A stretch of DNA of 64,000 nt. Source: Alphaproteobacteria bacterium (GTDB lineage: Bacteria; Pseudomonadota; Alphaproteobacteria; SP197). The stretch is taken from NCBI GenBank assembly GCA_965213815.1, contig OZ243917.1, positions 2,345,747 to 2,409,746 of the forward strand. The letters are read 5' to 3'. The position numbers and the translations under genes are program-made. Below the pieces are notes generated by a model. The model was not told the origin of the DNA. It saw nothing but the letters and a program-made list of their open reading frames with translations, and made no database searches. How positions within the stretch are numbered: position 1 is the stretch's first letter; every line of letters starts with the position of its first letter. Positions 38,588 through 52,100 of the stretch are shown piece after piece.

Positions 38588-39092
38588 GTTCTGCCTGATC
38601 TTGACAAGATGTTACTGGTCTTTCCTTGACTCTCATCCGTCTTCATGGCGGCAAGCGAATACACTTGACGCCTGCGACGCCGCCGTGTTCCTCGTTCGCT
38701 TCGCGGGCTGCCCATCGGCAGTTTGTGGCAGGCATGCGTTGATGGCGACACAACGGCGCATATCATGGCACGCCAGCACGCCTTGTATAACCCATCAAGT
38801 GGCCCCCTCCGGCGACGGCCTGCCGATCTCCCTGGCCGAGGCCACCCGTGTGGGCGTCAGGGTGGCGAGAAGAAGAAGCGCTCCCTTGCGGAGGTGCTTG
38901 CATACGCCGAGAACGGCCACCTTGTCGACAGTGGGCAGTTGAAGTCGTCCAACGGGAGCCATATGGTCACGCGCAGCGTCGGCCTTGCAACCTGAAAGGC
39001 CCCGACAGTCTGACTCCCGGGGTACAGGTTTGCCGCGCGGGGATCACGAGATGTGGTGGCGCGGAGACCGGGCATCCCCTGCAGGATGCGAC

Positions 39093-40736
39093 ATGGGATT
39101 GCCTTGGGGGGAAGGCGCGGTGGTGGAGCATGTGGCCGGCGTGGTCGGCGGACTTGGGTTGTTTGTCTTTGGAATGTGGTTCCTTACCGAGAACCTCAAG
39201 AAACTGGCAAGCCGGCGGCTGCGGCGAACCGCGCAGCGCCTGACGGGGCATCCCCTGAGCGCCTTCTTCTGGGGCGGTCTCGCCGGCGGTGCCACGCAAA
39301 GCATGACCGGACTGGCCTTTATCGTGGTCAGCATCCTGCGCTCGGGGATGATTACAACGAAGAGCGCGTTCGCACTCATTCTCGGCGGTGGCAGCGGCGT
39401 GACGCTTCTCGTGCTGATCGTCACCTTCGACGTCAGGATGGTGGCGCTGTTCGTGCTCGGCCTTTCCGGCCTTGCCATGGCCAGCAAGTCCCTGTCGAAT
39501 CACCGCCGGATCGCGGCGGCGTTCCTGGGCGGCGCCATCGTTGTCTTCGGGCTGACCCTGCTGAAGGACTCGGCAGCACCGCTGGCCGATCAGCCCTGGT
39601 TCAGGGATGCCATGGAGGGGACCGGGACTTCGCTGCTGTTTGCGTTCCTGATCGCGACCGGGCTTACAGCCGCCGTGCAGTCTTCAAGCACGGTATCCGT
39701 GTTCGGCATCAGCCTTTCCGCCGCCGGGGTCCTCACCATGGACCAGGCCATCATGGTCATTTACGGCACCTTTATCGGATCAAGCGCCGTCATGTACATC
39801 CTGTCGGCGAACCTGACTGGCCGGTCCCGCCAGGTCTCCATGTATCTGGTGTATCTCAACGTTGTGATCTGCGCCGTGATGGTCCCCCTGTTTTACGCTG
39901 AGCTCTATCTCGATGTGCCAGCGGTCAGGGCCCTGGTTCTTGCCCTCCCGGTCCCGCTGGAGCAGCAATTGGCGATTGTCTATCTGATCGGCTCGCTGGC
40001 CCTGCTTCCGGTGCTGCTTGTGTTGCTCAATCCAACGACCCGGCTTTTCGAACGACTCTGGCCGGTGTCGCCCATCGACGAGCTCTCAAAGGCGCATTTC
40101 ATCTACGACCATGCGTCGGTGGACCTGGACACCTCGGCGATGCTGGTCGAGCTGGAGCAGAAGCGTGTGTTCGGGATCTTTTCTCACTATTTCAACGTTG
40201 TGCGGCAAGGCACGGACCTGATGCCGGTGCGGGATGCGTGCCGGAATGTGCTTGGCGAGATCGAGCACTTTCTGGGCGAACTGCACGCGTCCAACCCCTT
40301 GCAGGGCATGGAAAGCCGCAATGCGATGGTGAGTCGCCTGAAACTGCTTTCCTGGATGGAAAATGCGGTGGGGGGCATGTGTGAGACCTTGCTGGACCTC
40401 GGCGACCGACCCGGGCTGGAGAAACTCCGCAACGACATCTGCGAAGGCGTCGACGCCGTGTTCCTGTCGGTACATGACGCCATGGAGTCCGGCGACGAGG
40501 TCTCCTGGACTATCGCATCGCGACTCATCGGGGATCGGCGCGCCCAGATGCGCGAGATGCGCGCCCGCTACGTGGGGCTGGACTCGCCCCTTCTGCACAG
40601 GGATCTGACCAATATCCTGCTTGTCACCAATGCGGTGGAGGAAACCTTCTTCCTGATGTCCAAGCTCGAGGCAGAATTCAACCCCTGGTCCCAGAACACC
40701 GAGCAAGGCACGATTGCCATACAGCAAAGCGCATGA
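39093..40736 (+). CDS. Na+/phosphate cotransporter family protein (NptA/YjbB-like) with PhoU-like C-terminal region
   Basis: Duplicated ...GGLGLFVFGM... and ...SSSTVSVFGISLSAAG... Na/Pi-cotransporter repeats, followed by a soluble C-terminal helical domain. Start taken at ATG 39093 (MGLPWGEG...); ORF-track alternatives are 39051 and 38985. Confidence 0.65.
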   Translation: MGLPWGEGAVVEHVAGVVGGLGLFVFGMWFLTENLKKLASRRLRRTAQRLTGHPLSAFFWGGLAGGATQSMTGLAFIVVSILRSGMITTKSAFALILGGGSGVTLLVLIVTFDVRMVALFVLGLSGLAMASKSLSNHRRIAAAFLGGAIVVFGLTLLKDSAAPLADQPWFRDAMEGTGTSLLFAFLIATGLTAAVQSSSTVSVFGISLSAAGVLTMDQAIMVIYGTFIGSSAVMYILSANLTGRSRQVSMYLVYLNVVICAVMVPLFYAELYLDVPAVRALVLALPVPLEQQLAIVYLIGSLALLPVLLVLLNPTTRLFERLWPVSPIDELSKAHFIYDHASVDLDTSAMLVELEQKRVFGIFSHYFNVVRQGTDLMPVRDACRNVLGEIEHFLGELHASNPLQGMESRNAMVSRLKLLSWMENAVGGMCETLLDLGDRPGLEKLRNDICEGVDAVFLSVHDAMESGDEVSWTIASRLIGDRRAQMREMRARYVGLDSPLLHRDLTNILLVTNAVEETFFLMSKLEAEFNPWSQNTEQGTIAIQQSA

Positions 40737-41120
40737 TTACAACAGACTGCGTCAACAACTTACCCGCTGTGGCATGACCAGGAGGGTGAAGAGCATGGTC
40801 CTGCCCTATCGCTCCCTGATCGGATACGACGTGTCTCTTGCAGCGGATCACAAGCCGGGCGGGAGGGGCAGCGGTTCCATCGCGAACTGATTGTACATGG
40901 CCTATCAGCACCTTGCCGGCTTGCCGATTGACAGACAGGCAGACGAAGAATGACGTGCTGGCGGGCCTTGACCCCGTGCGGCGGTTCTGAGTCGAGGTCC
41001 CATCCGGGTCCCTCGGGCCTTGCCGGCTTCTGTCCACGGCGCTCATGTGCCGGACCCGAGACCGGCGCTTTACTATTGCGATACATCACCGGACAATCCG
41101 TCGCCACAACCGAGGGCAGG

Positions 41121-42281
41121 ATGGCTCCAGGAACGGACACGGGCAGGCAGGATCGTTACAGCGCCCGCTCCATTGCCAGCATCCACGAGATCAGCCGGGA
41201 TGACTGGGACCGTCTTGCCGGCACCGACAATCCGTTTGTCCGCCATGACTTTCTTGCCTGTCTCGAGGACAGCGGCTCGGCATCCCCGGAAACGGGGTGG
41301 GGCCCGGCCCATGTCCTTCTCGAGGACTCCTGCCAACAGCTGGTTGGCACGGCCCCTGCCTGGTTCAAGAGCCATTCAATGGGAGAATATGTTTTCGATC
41401 AGGGGCTTGCCGACGCCTTTGAACGGGCCGGCGGCCACTACTACCCCAAGCTCCTCGTCGCGGTGCCCTTCACCCCGGTCACCGGACCAAGGCTGCTGAC
41501 CGGAGAGGCCACGAACGCGCAACGCGCCGAACGCCAGCGCGCACTGGCGTCGGCCCTTGTCTCCCTGGCGAAGAACGCCGGAGTCTCGTCGGCACACATC
41601 AATTTCCTGACAACGGGCGAGGCGGGTGTGGTCTCCCGTCTCGGGTTCCTCCAGCGAACCGGCATCCAGTTCCACTGGGAGAACAAGGGGTACGACTCCT
41701 TCGACGGGTTTCTGGCCAGCCTGTCATCGCGCAAGCGCAAGGCCATCCGGCGCGAGCGCCGGGAGGTTGCGGCCAGCGATATCTCCATCCACCGGTTGAC
41801 CGGCGACGCGCTGACGGACGAAATCTGGGATGCCTTCTACGGCTTCTACCACGATACCGGGCACCGCAAGTGGGGCATTCCCTACCTCACACGCGCCTTC
41901 TTCGAACTGCTCGGCCAGCGCATGGGCGAGAATGTCGTGCTTGTCATGTGCCGGCGGGACGACCGCTGGATTGCCGGCGCCCTCAACATCGCCGGCACAT
42001 CGACACTCTTCGGCCGCCACTGGGGCTGCATCGAGGATCACCGGATGCTTCACTTCGAGTGCTGCTACTACCAGGCCATCGAGCATGCCATCTGCAACGG
42101 ATTTCATCGGGTCGAGGCCGGAGCCCAGGGCGGCCACAAGATCCAGCGGGGCTACATGCCGGTCACGACCCATTCGTCCCACTGGTTTGCCCACCGCGGC
42201 ATGGCGGATGCCGTCTCCCGGTTCTTTGCCGAGGAGGGCAGTCACATTGAAGAGCAGGCCGACTACATCGAACGTGAACTC

Positions 42282-42302
<21 letters not shown>
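41121..42302 (+). CDS. FemAB-like/GNAT-fold acyltransferase family protein (DUF482-type)
   Basis: 393 aa from ATG 41121; ...WDRLAGTDNPFVRHDFLACLEDSGSASPETGWGPAHVLL... is the characteristic N-terminus of this family. Confidence 0.65.
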
Positions 42303-44588
<2,286 letters not shown>

Positions 44589-44595
44589 GGAGGGA

Positions 44596-44922
44596 TCAAT
44601 CCTTCTCGAGCGTCGCCTGCAGGGGATGCTCGTTGTGCCGGGCAAAGTCGATGACCTGGGTCACCTTACTCTCGGCCACATCGAAGGGATAGACACCGCA
44701 CAGGCCGACACCGTGGCGGTGTACGTGAAGCATGATCCGGGCGGCCTCTTCGGGGCTCTTGTGAAAGAACCTGATCAGCACGTGAACGACAAACTCCATC
44801 GGCGTGTAGTCGTCATTGAGCAGGAACACCTTGTACATGGAGGGCTTGCGGGTCTTCTGGCGCACCTGGGTCGCGACACCGGTCCCGTTGCCATCACTGT
44901 TCCGGCGATCATCGTCACTCAT
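44596..44922 (-). CDS. clpS: ATP-dependent Clp protease adaptor ClpS
   Basis: 108 aa; ...[21 protein letters not shown]...[29 protein letters not shown]... is the conserved ClpS core. Confidence 0.85.
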   Translation of the reverse strand: MSDDDRRNSDGNGTGVATQVRQKTRKPSMYKVFLLNDDYTPMEFVVHVLIRFFHKSPEEAARIMLHVHRHGVGLCGVYPFDVAESKVTQVIDFARHNEHPLQATLEKD

Positions 44923-45018
44923 GAGGCACCATCTGACGCAGGCAAGATCTCAGACAACCCATGATACTCCCAAGGCAGCCGCACGTGTACCGATAAGTTG
45001 ACTCCAGGGCGGCGGTGA

Positions 45019-45034
45019 GGGGCCGTCAGGCCCC
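45019..45034 (-). terminator. Candidate stem-loop (ggggcc-gtca-ggcccc) 5 nt downstream of the giant-gene stop
   Basis: A perfect 6-bp GC stem was read directly. No U-tract follows on the minus strand, so it would be an atypical intrinsic terminator. Confidence 0.25.
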
Positions 45035-45039
45035 ACACG

Positions 45040-46140
45040 TCACCACCGCAAGGTGATCTGCAGCCCGAAGGTGTGCTGCGGTGCCGTATACTCGCTTTCC
45101 CTGCGTGTCAGGGTCACGCCGACCGAAAGGTCGAGCGCCTCGCTCTCCGGCGTCAGCCGCCACCCCAGCGTGTAGTCGCGCTCGTCCCTGGCAAGGCCGA
45201 ATCCCAGGTGCGGACTGCCGATATACTGACCCTCAAGGAGCGCCATGCCCCACGCGGCCTCCACCTGCCAGCGACTTTCCGTCTCCGCGCCTGAACGGGC
45301 CTCCAGCACCTCCGGCGCAAGCAGGCGGTCAAGCCCGCCCGTCGCCGCACCGCCCGTCTCCTGGCGCAAGGCAAGCGACAGTCCAAGTTCGGAGGCCGGA
45401 TCCGGATCGAAAGCCACTGAAGCCGCATAGCCCCGGTCCTCGAAGTCGTCCGCGGCGTGGCTGATCAGGGTGCGGCCCGAGAGATCGAGACTGAGCCCCA
45501 GACCGGGATCACTCCAGACAATGCCGCCGCCAACCTCCACCCCGGAGCCGGTCTCGGCATCGCCGCCGTCATGGCGCGCACCCACCTCGACCCTGGGCGT
45601 CACACTGCCGTCACCTTCCAGGGCGACCTTCCAGCTCCCCTCCAGACCGAGCCGCAGGCGTGTCACATCGGACTGCGATGCAACAAGCCCTTGCGTCCTG
45701 TCTGACTCTGTCCGCGCCCACAGGGCGTCGGTCGTCAACGCCAGGGCAGGCCCGCTCTCCGGGGCAATCACGTCGCCACGCGCCGCCAGCGCCGCCATGG
45801 TCCAGGAGATGTCCGCCTCCATCTCCTTGCCCTCGCCGGGCTTGAGCGTGACGTCTCCCGTGCCGTGGCCCAGGGCACCCCACACCTTCAACCGCTCCGA
45901 GGCCTGCAATGCCGCATAGGGAACCGCCGCCGTCAGCGACGCCTCCACCGTGCCGCCGTCCTCCTCGTCAGTGCCGGCATAGGCACCCTCGCCGGCACTC
46001 TGCAGCAGCGCCAGACCGACGAGCCACGGACCCCGGGCATAGTCGCCCCCCAGCATGGCCGTCGTGGTCTCGCCAGCAAGCGACAACGACCCTTCCCTGC
46101 CGTCGAAGTCCGAGCGTGCTCCCCGGCCCCACAAGGCAAG
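45040..46140 (-). other. Autotransporter-like beta-barrel translocator domain of the giant protein
   Basis: The segment from ...GGSLALWGRGARSDFDGREGSLSLAGETTTAMLGGDYARGPWLVGLAL... to the terminal ...GLQITLRW shows amphipathic beta-strand periodicity, a terminal aromatic residue, and a WGRG...S...DGD-like opening typical of autotransporter beta-domains. Confidence 0.6.
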
Positions 46141-49100
46141 ACTGCCGCCTCGTGAATCGCTCTCCCCTGTCACCGCGAAGCTGCTGGCAAGCATCACCTC
46201 GCGCATGGTCATGCCTTGAGACTGCGTCCCGGACACATCATCACTCCAGGCATCAGGGCCCGCCGCCAGAGTGGCCGGAGGACTCTGCCCCCCAGTGCCA
46301 AGGCTGAACGCCTGCCCGGCAAGCGTGCCCTCGACACCCGCCGTGCGAGGCGCCGCCATGCGCCCGGCAATGCCGTCGAGTGCCGCTTCAGCCACCGCGC
46401 GTCCGAAGCGCGCCAGCCATGCCGCCGGCATCGGATCCGAATTGATGATGGTGCCCGTCGCCAGTTCGTCCACGATGATGGCGCCCTCTGCCTCGGTCAG
46501 CACGACGGTGAGGGTCTCGCGGCCCTCGTCGTGGAAGTCATCGAAGGTCTCGACCCAGAATTCCCCTCGAGTCGACCCCGGGTAAACGGTCACCCGGCTG
46601 TCGGCGTAGCGGAAATCCGCGTGGGGGATCGCCTCCCCGTAGCTCGGCCCGTGGCCGTTTTCGTCGTCGTGGTAGTTCGCCCCAAATCGGGTCTCCCAGT
46701 AAACGACTACCTCGTGGTCCACCGCATGGGAGAGCGTGAACGTGAAATGCAAATCGTCGCCCTCCGCCGCCTCGACATCGTCAATATGGATCGTCGGCAA
46801 GGACGGCACTTCGTCGTCGGCCACCGCGACGGTGGCGCTGGCATCTGTCGCGTGCGGGGTGTAGCCGGTTCCCGGTTCGACGATAATGGTGAGGCTGCCG
46901 TCGTCTTCAAGCGTCGAGTCGTCGACGGTCGGGATGTCAACGGTGACGGTGGCGTCCGTGCCGAGCGTCACGGGCCGCGCACCGAGCTCTCCGTCCCCGG
47001 CGAAGGCGCCGCTTTGCGTCACGCGCAGGTTCACGGTGATGTCCTGCGAAGGGGCCGGGGCGCCTGTCAGCGTGAAGCGCGCAACGCCCCCTTCGGTGAT
47101 ATCGGCACCGCCGGTGATGCGCACGACGGTCGCCCGAGCGTCATCGTCACCGTCGTTGTCGGCCACCGCCACTGTCGCCGTGGACGGGCTGGCGACCCGG
47201 TAGCCGGTTCCGGCCTCCAGCGTCGCCGACACGCCGCCATTCGCCTCGTCGAGATCGTCATCCGTTGTCGCGAGCGTGTAGGTGGCCGTGTCGCTCCCCG
47301 CGGCGATCGTGACCGTCTTCGATCCCTCCTCGCCATCCGTCAGAAAGTCGCTCACCGCGTCGTCTGCAATGGCCAGCGCGATCTCGAGGTCCGACGCCGG
47401 CGCCGGACTTGCCTGGACGGTGAACACGGCGTCGCCGCCTTCGGTGATGTCGCCGCCGGCCGCAATCGTAATCTCGGGATCGGGGTCGGGGGTGTCGCCT
47501 ATGATCGTGACCCTCGTGTAACACAGGGCGGTCGAGGTGCAATGGGCCGCGGCGGCGTTGAATGGGTAGCTCTTCACGCCGGGGAAACCGCGATCCGGGT
47601 TGCCGAGCCACTGGAGGCTGTCCCAGCTGGCAGTGAAGGTTTTGCCCACGGAACCCTTGCACAACTCGATTTCCAGTTCGATCGTGTCGGTATTGATGTC
47701 CTCGGCGATGCGCACCAGGGGTCCGGTTCTCACCATCCCCTCGGGGTAGGAGGGCCAGTGGCCCCAATCGACCACATCCGTTCCAGGTTCCCTGCAATCG
47801 CCCCCACCCTGGGCCGTGCCGGGGCCCCAATCGAAATAGAAGGCCACATCAATACCGTGGCCTTTCAGACCCGCCGGCACGGGCATCAGGATCCGGCTTT
47901 TTCTGCCGGCATACACCGCCGTGGCCGTCTCAGGTGGCGTGATCCCGCTCACGCGCTCCCGGATCGTGACGACGGCCGTGTCAGGCTCGCCGAGGGTCAC
48001 GGTGCCCGGTAGTTCGGATGCCCGGATTGCCAGCTTGAAGGTCTCATTGGGGTCATTCTGGTTGTCGCGTGTGGTCGGAATGTGCGCCTTCCCGCTCGTT
48101 GTGCCCGCCCGGATCGTGACCGTCTGCACGCCACCAACGTAGTCCGCGCCGGGTGTCGCGCTGTAGCCGCCCGGGCTGGTCGCCTCCAACTCAATCATCG
48201 TATCGGCAGCAGGGGCCTCGGACAGGTTGACCGTCACCGAGAGCGAATCGCCCTCCAGCACCTCGTAGCGCGATGTCGAGAGCGAGACCGTGCCCGCCGG
48301 CCCCGACGCGTCATTGTCGACGATGGTGACCGTGGCCGGGGTAATGGTCAGCGCGCCGAAGGTTCCGGTGACCTCGATCATCTCATCCTCCTCGTGCAGG
48401 GCGTCGTCGGTGGGTGTCAGATCGAATGTGCCGGTCTCGCTGGCATCGCCCGCAGCGATGGTGATGTCGAAATTCGACACCGCGCCGTAATCCGTGCCCG
48501 ATATCGCCGTGCCCCCGCCCACGCTCACCGTCACCGTCTTCGCGTCCACGTAGCGCGTCGTGCCGTTCACGGCGGCCGTCACCGTGATTTGGGTCAATCC
48601 ATCGCCCTCGCCCAGCGTGGCGGGCGACACCGAGAGCGTGATGCCGGTGGGCGGCGCGTCATCGTCGGTGATGGTGAGGGTCTGGTTGTCCGGGTTGGTG
48701 ACGCCCCCGCCGCTGGCGGTGGCCGAGACCGTCACACTCTTGTTCGGCGCGTCCACGTTGTTGTTAACCGCGGTGATCTTCACAGTGCCGGTGCTGGTGG
48801 TCGCACCCGCCGCGATCGTCAGCGTCTTGTTGTTGCTCACCGTGAAATCGCCCGCGACCGTGTTGGCCCCCGCCGCCGCGGCCACCGTCAGGGTCACCGC
48901 CGTGTTGGACTTCCCCGAGAGCATCGCCGTCACCGCGCTCGCGTTCGTCGCGCCGCTCTCATTGATGGTGGTTGGCCTCAACACCAGGGTCACGGTGGGC
49001 GTGCCCTCGTCATCCGTAATGGTGAGTGTCTGATTAGCCGGGTTCGTCACCCCGCCGCCCGACGCCGCGCCCGACACCACGACCGACGCATTCGCCGCAT

Positions 49101-52100
49101 CCACGTCATTGTCCACCGCCGTGATCGTCACCGTGCCGGTGCTGGCCTTCGAGCCCGCCGTGATCGTCAGCGTCTTGTTGGCGCTCAACGTGACCGGGGC
49201 AGTGTTCGGCACCGAGACCTCCACCGTCACCGCCGCACTCGACTCGCCCGACAGCGTTGCCGTCACCGTGCTGGCGTTGCCATTCCCGCTCTCGTTAATC
49301 GTGCCTGGCGTCAACACCAGGGTCACGGTGGGCGTGCCCTCGTCGTCCGTGAGGGTGATGGCTGTCCCGGTGACGGTGACGCCGGTGAGCGTGCCTTCTA
49401 TGCTGATGCTCTCAACGGGCTCGTCTATATCGTCGTCGGCGGGCGTGAGCGTGAAATCCACATAGCCGCTCGACGCCCCTGCGTTGATCGTGATGCTCTT
49501 GCTCGTCACTTCCGTGTAGTCCGTCCCCTCCGTCGCGCCGTCGGCGTCCGGACCCACCTCCACCGTCACCGTCTTGGCCTCGGCGAAGGTCGAGCTGCCG
49601 CCCAGCGTGGCCGTCACCCGCACCATCTTCGCACCGCCATCCTCGGCCAGGGAGGTCTGGGTTCCCATCGTGCCCGTGTCCGCATCCACCGACAGCGTCA
49701 GTGCCGTCGGCACCGCGTCGTCGTCGGTGATCGTGCCGGTGGCCTCGGCATCGCCGATGATGGCGCCGACCGGCTCGGTCAGCTCCACCAGGAAGGTCTC
49801 GTTGCCCTCATGCAGCGTGTCCTCGGTGGTGGCGACCGTGAAGGTCTGGCTGCTCGCGCCGCTGGCGAAATCCAGCTTCGTCGCCGTGGTCATCGCGGTG
49901 TAGTCGGTGGTAGCCGCCGCGCCCGCCCCGGTGGCCGCCTTGGTGTTCCACTTCACCGACACCGCGTTGTCCATGGCACCGCTGCGGGTCACCGTGAAGG
50001 TGATCGTATCGCCCTCATCGGCGCTCGCGTCGGCTACGGCAAATGACGGCTGGCCGTCGTCGTCCGTCAGAGTGAGCGAGGCGTCCGTCACCGTCACGCC
50101 CGTCACCGTCCCGTCCAGACCGATCGTCTCGTTGCCCTCGTGCAGATCGTCCTGCGTCGGCGTCAGGTCGAAGGTGCCCGCTTTGCTTGCATCGCCCGCG
50201 GCGATGGTGATGTCGAAGTTGGCCACCGCGTCGTAGTCCGTGTCCGATGTCGCCGTGCCGCCGCCGACGCTCACTGTGACCGTCTTCGCGTCCACGTAAC
50301 GCGTCGTGCCGTTCACCGTGGCGGTCACCGTGATCTCGGTCTCGCCGGCCCCCTCCCCGACCGTGGCCGGCGACACCGTCAGCGTGATGCCGCTGGGCGT
50401 CGCATCGTCGTCGGTCAGGGTCAGCGAGGTGTCCGTCACCGTCACGCCGGTCAACGTGCCGTCCAGGCTGATCGTCTCGGCGCCCTCGTGCAGCACGTCG
50501 TTGGTCGGCGTGAGGGTGAAATCGTGCGTGACGCTGGCGACTCCAGCGCCGATGGTGATGGTCCGGTCGGCGACGGTTGTGTAGTCGGCGCCTTCCACGG
50601 CGCTGTCACCGTCCTTGCCGACGGCGAGGGTGAGATCCGCGGCCTCCTCGAGGCGGGTGGTCCCATCTAGCGTGGCGGTGACGCGCACGGTCTTGCCGCC
50701 ACCATCCTCGGCGAGGGATGTCTGGACGTTGTCGGTGTCCTTGTCGGCATCGACGGTGAGCGTGATCGCCGGCGCGGCGTCCTCGCTGGTCAGCGTGATG
50801 GTGTCACCGCTGACGGTGACGCCGGCGAGGGCGCCTTCGAGGGAGATGGTCTCGTTCGCCTCGTGGAAGGCATCGTCGGTGGGCGTGATAGTGAAGGTGT
50901 GGGAGGCGCTTTGCGCGTTGGCGCCGATGGTGATGGTCTGGTCGGCGACATCCGTGTAGTCGGTGCCCTCGGTGGCGCTGTCGGCGTCGGCGTCGCCAAC
51001 GATGAGCGTGAGGTCCGTGCTCTTGTCGAAGCGGGTGGCGCCGGAGAGGGTCGCGGTGACGGTAACTGAGGTGGCCCCGGCGTTTTCGGCGAGGGTGTCC
51101 TGGTCGCCCTGCATCGTGCTGTTGGTGTCCACGGTGAGCGTGACGGCCGCGGCAGCATCGTCGCTGGTCAGAGAGATGGAGGCGCCGGCGACGGTGAGCC
51201 GGGCGACGGTGGCGTCGAAGGAGATGGTCTCGCTGGCCTCGTGGAAGGTGTCGTCGGTGGGCGTTAGAGTGAAGGTGTGCTCGACGTCCTGGTCGCCGGC
51301 GGGGATGGTGAGAGTGACGTCGGCGACGTCGGTGTAGTCCGTGCCTTCGGTGGCGCTGTCGGTGTTCTTGCCGACGATCAGCGTGAGGTCCTTGTCTTCG
51401 TCGAACTGGGTCGAGCCGCCGAGCGTGGCGGTGACGCGCACGGTCTTGGCCCCGCCGTTTTCCGCCAGCGAGGACTGAACGTTGTCGGTACCATCGTCGG
51501 CATCGACGGTCAGCGTGAGGGTGGTCGGCGCGGCGTCGTTGTCGGTGATGGATAGCGAGCCGTCGCTGACGGTGAGCCCGGCGAGGCTGCCGTCGAGCGA
51601 GATGGTCTCGCTGGCCTCGTGCCGGGTGTCGTCGGTGGGCGTCAGCGTGAACTCCACGTAGCCGCTTGCGGCGCCCGCATTGATCGGAATGCTCTTGCTC
51701 GTGACCTCCCTGTAGTCGGTGCTCTCCGTGGCGCTGTCGGCATCCGCGCCCACCTCCAACGTCACCGTCTTGGCTTCGACAAACCTCGTCTCGCCAGTGA
51801 TGGTTGCAGTAACCCGGACCGTCTTGGCGCCACCGTTCTCCGCGATGGTTGTCTGCGTGCCGTCCGTGCCCGTGTCCGCGTCCACCGAAATCGTGATTGC
51901 GCCGGGCGCGGCGTCATCGTCGGTGATGGTGACCGTGGTTGGGGTGATGGTCAGACTGCCGGACGTGCCCGCTACGTTGATCGTCTCGTTCGCCTCAGAG
52001 AGGACATCGTTGATGGGCGTCAGGTCGAACGTGCCGGCTTTGCTCGCATCGCTCGCGGCGATGGTGATGTCGAAGTTGTCCACCGCGTCGTAGTCCGTGC

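Noticed and set aside
38588-39092. Possible small gene or Pho box upstream of the Na/Pi cotransporter (includes a ttgaca -35-like hexamer near 38601)
   Set aside because: No convincing ORF with protein-like composition and no clear tandem PHO-box repeats were seen. It is treated as an ordinary divergent promoter region.
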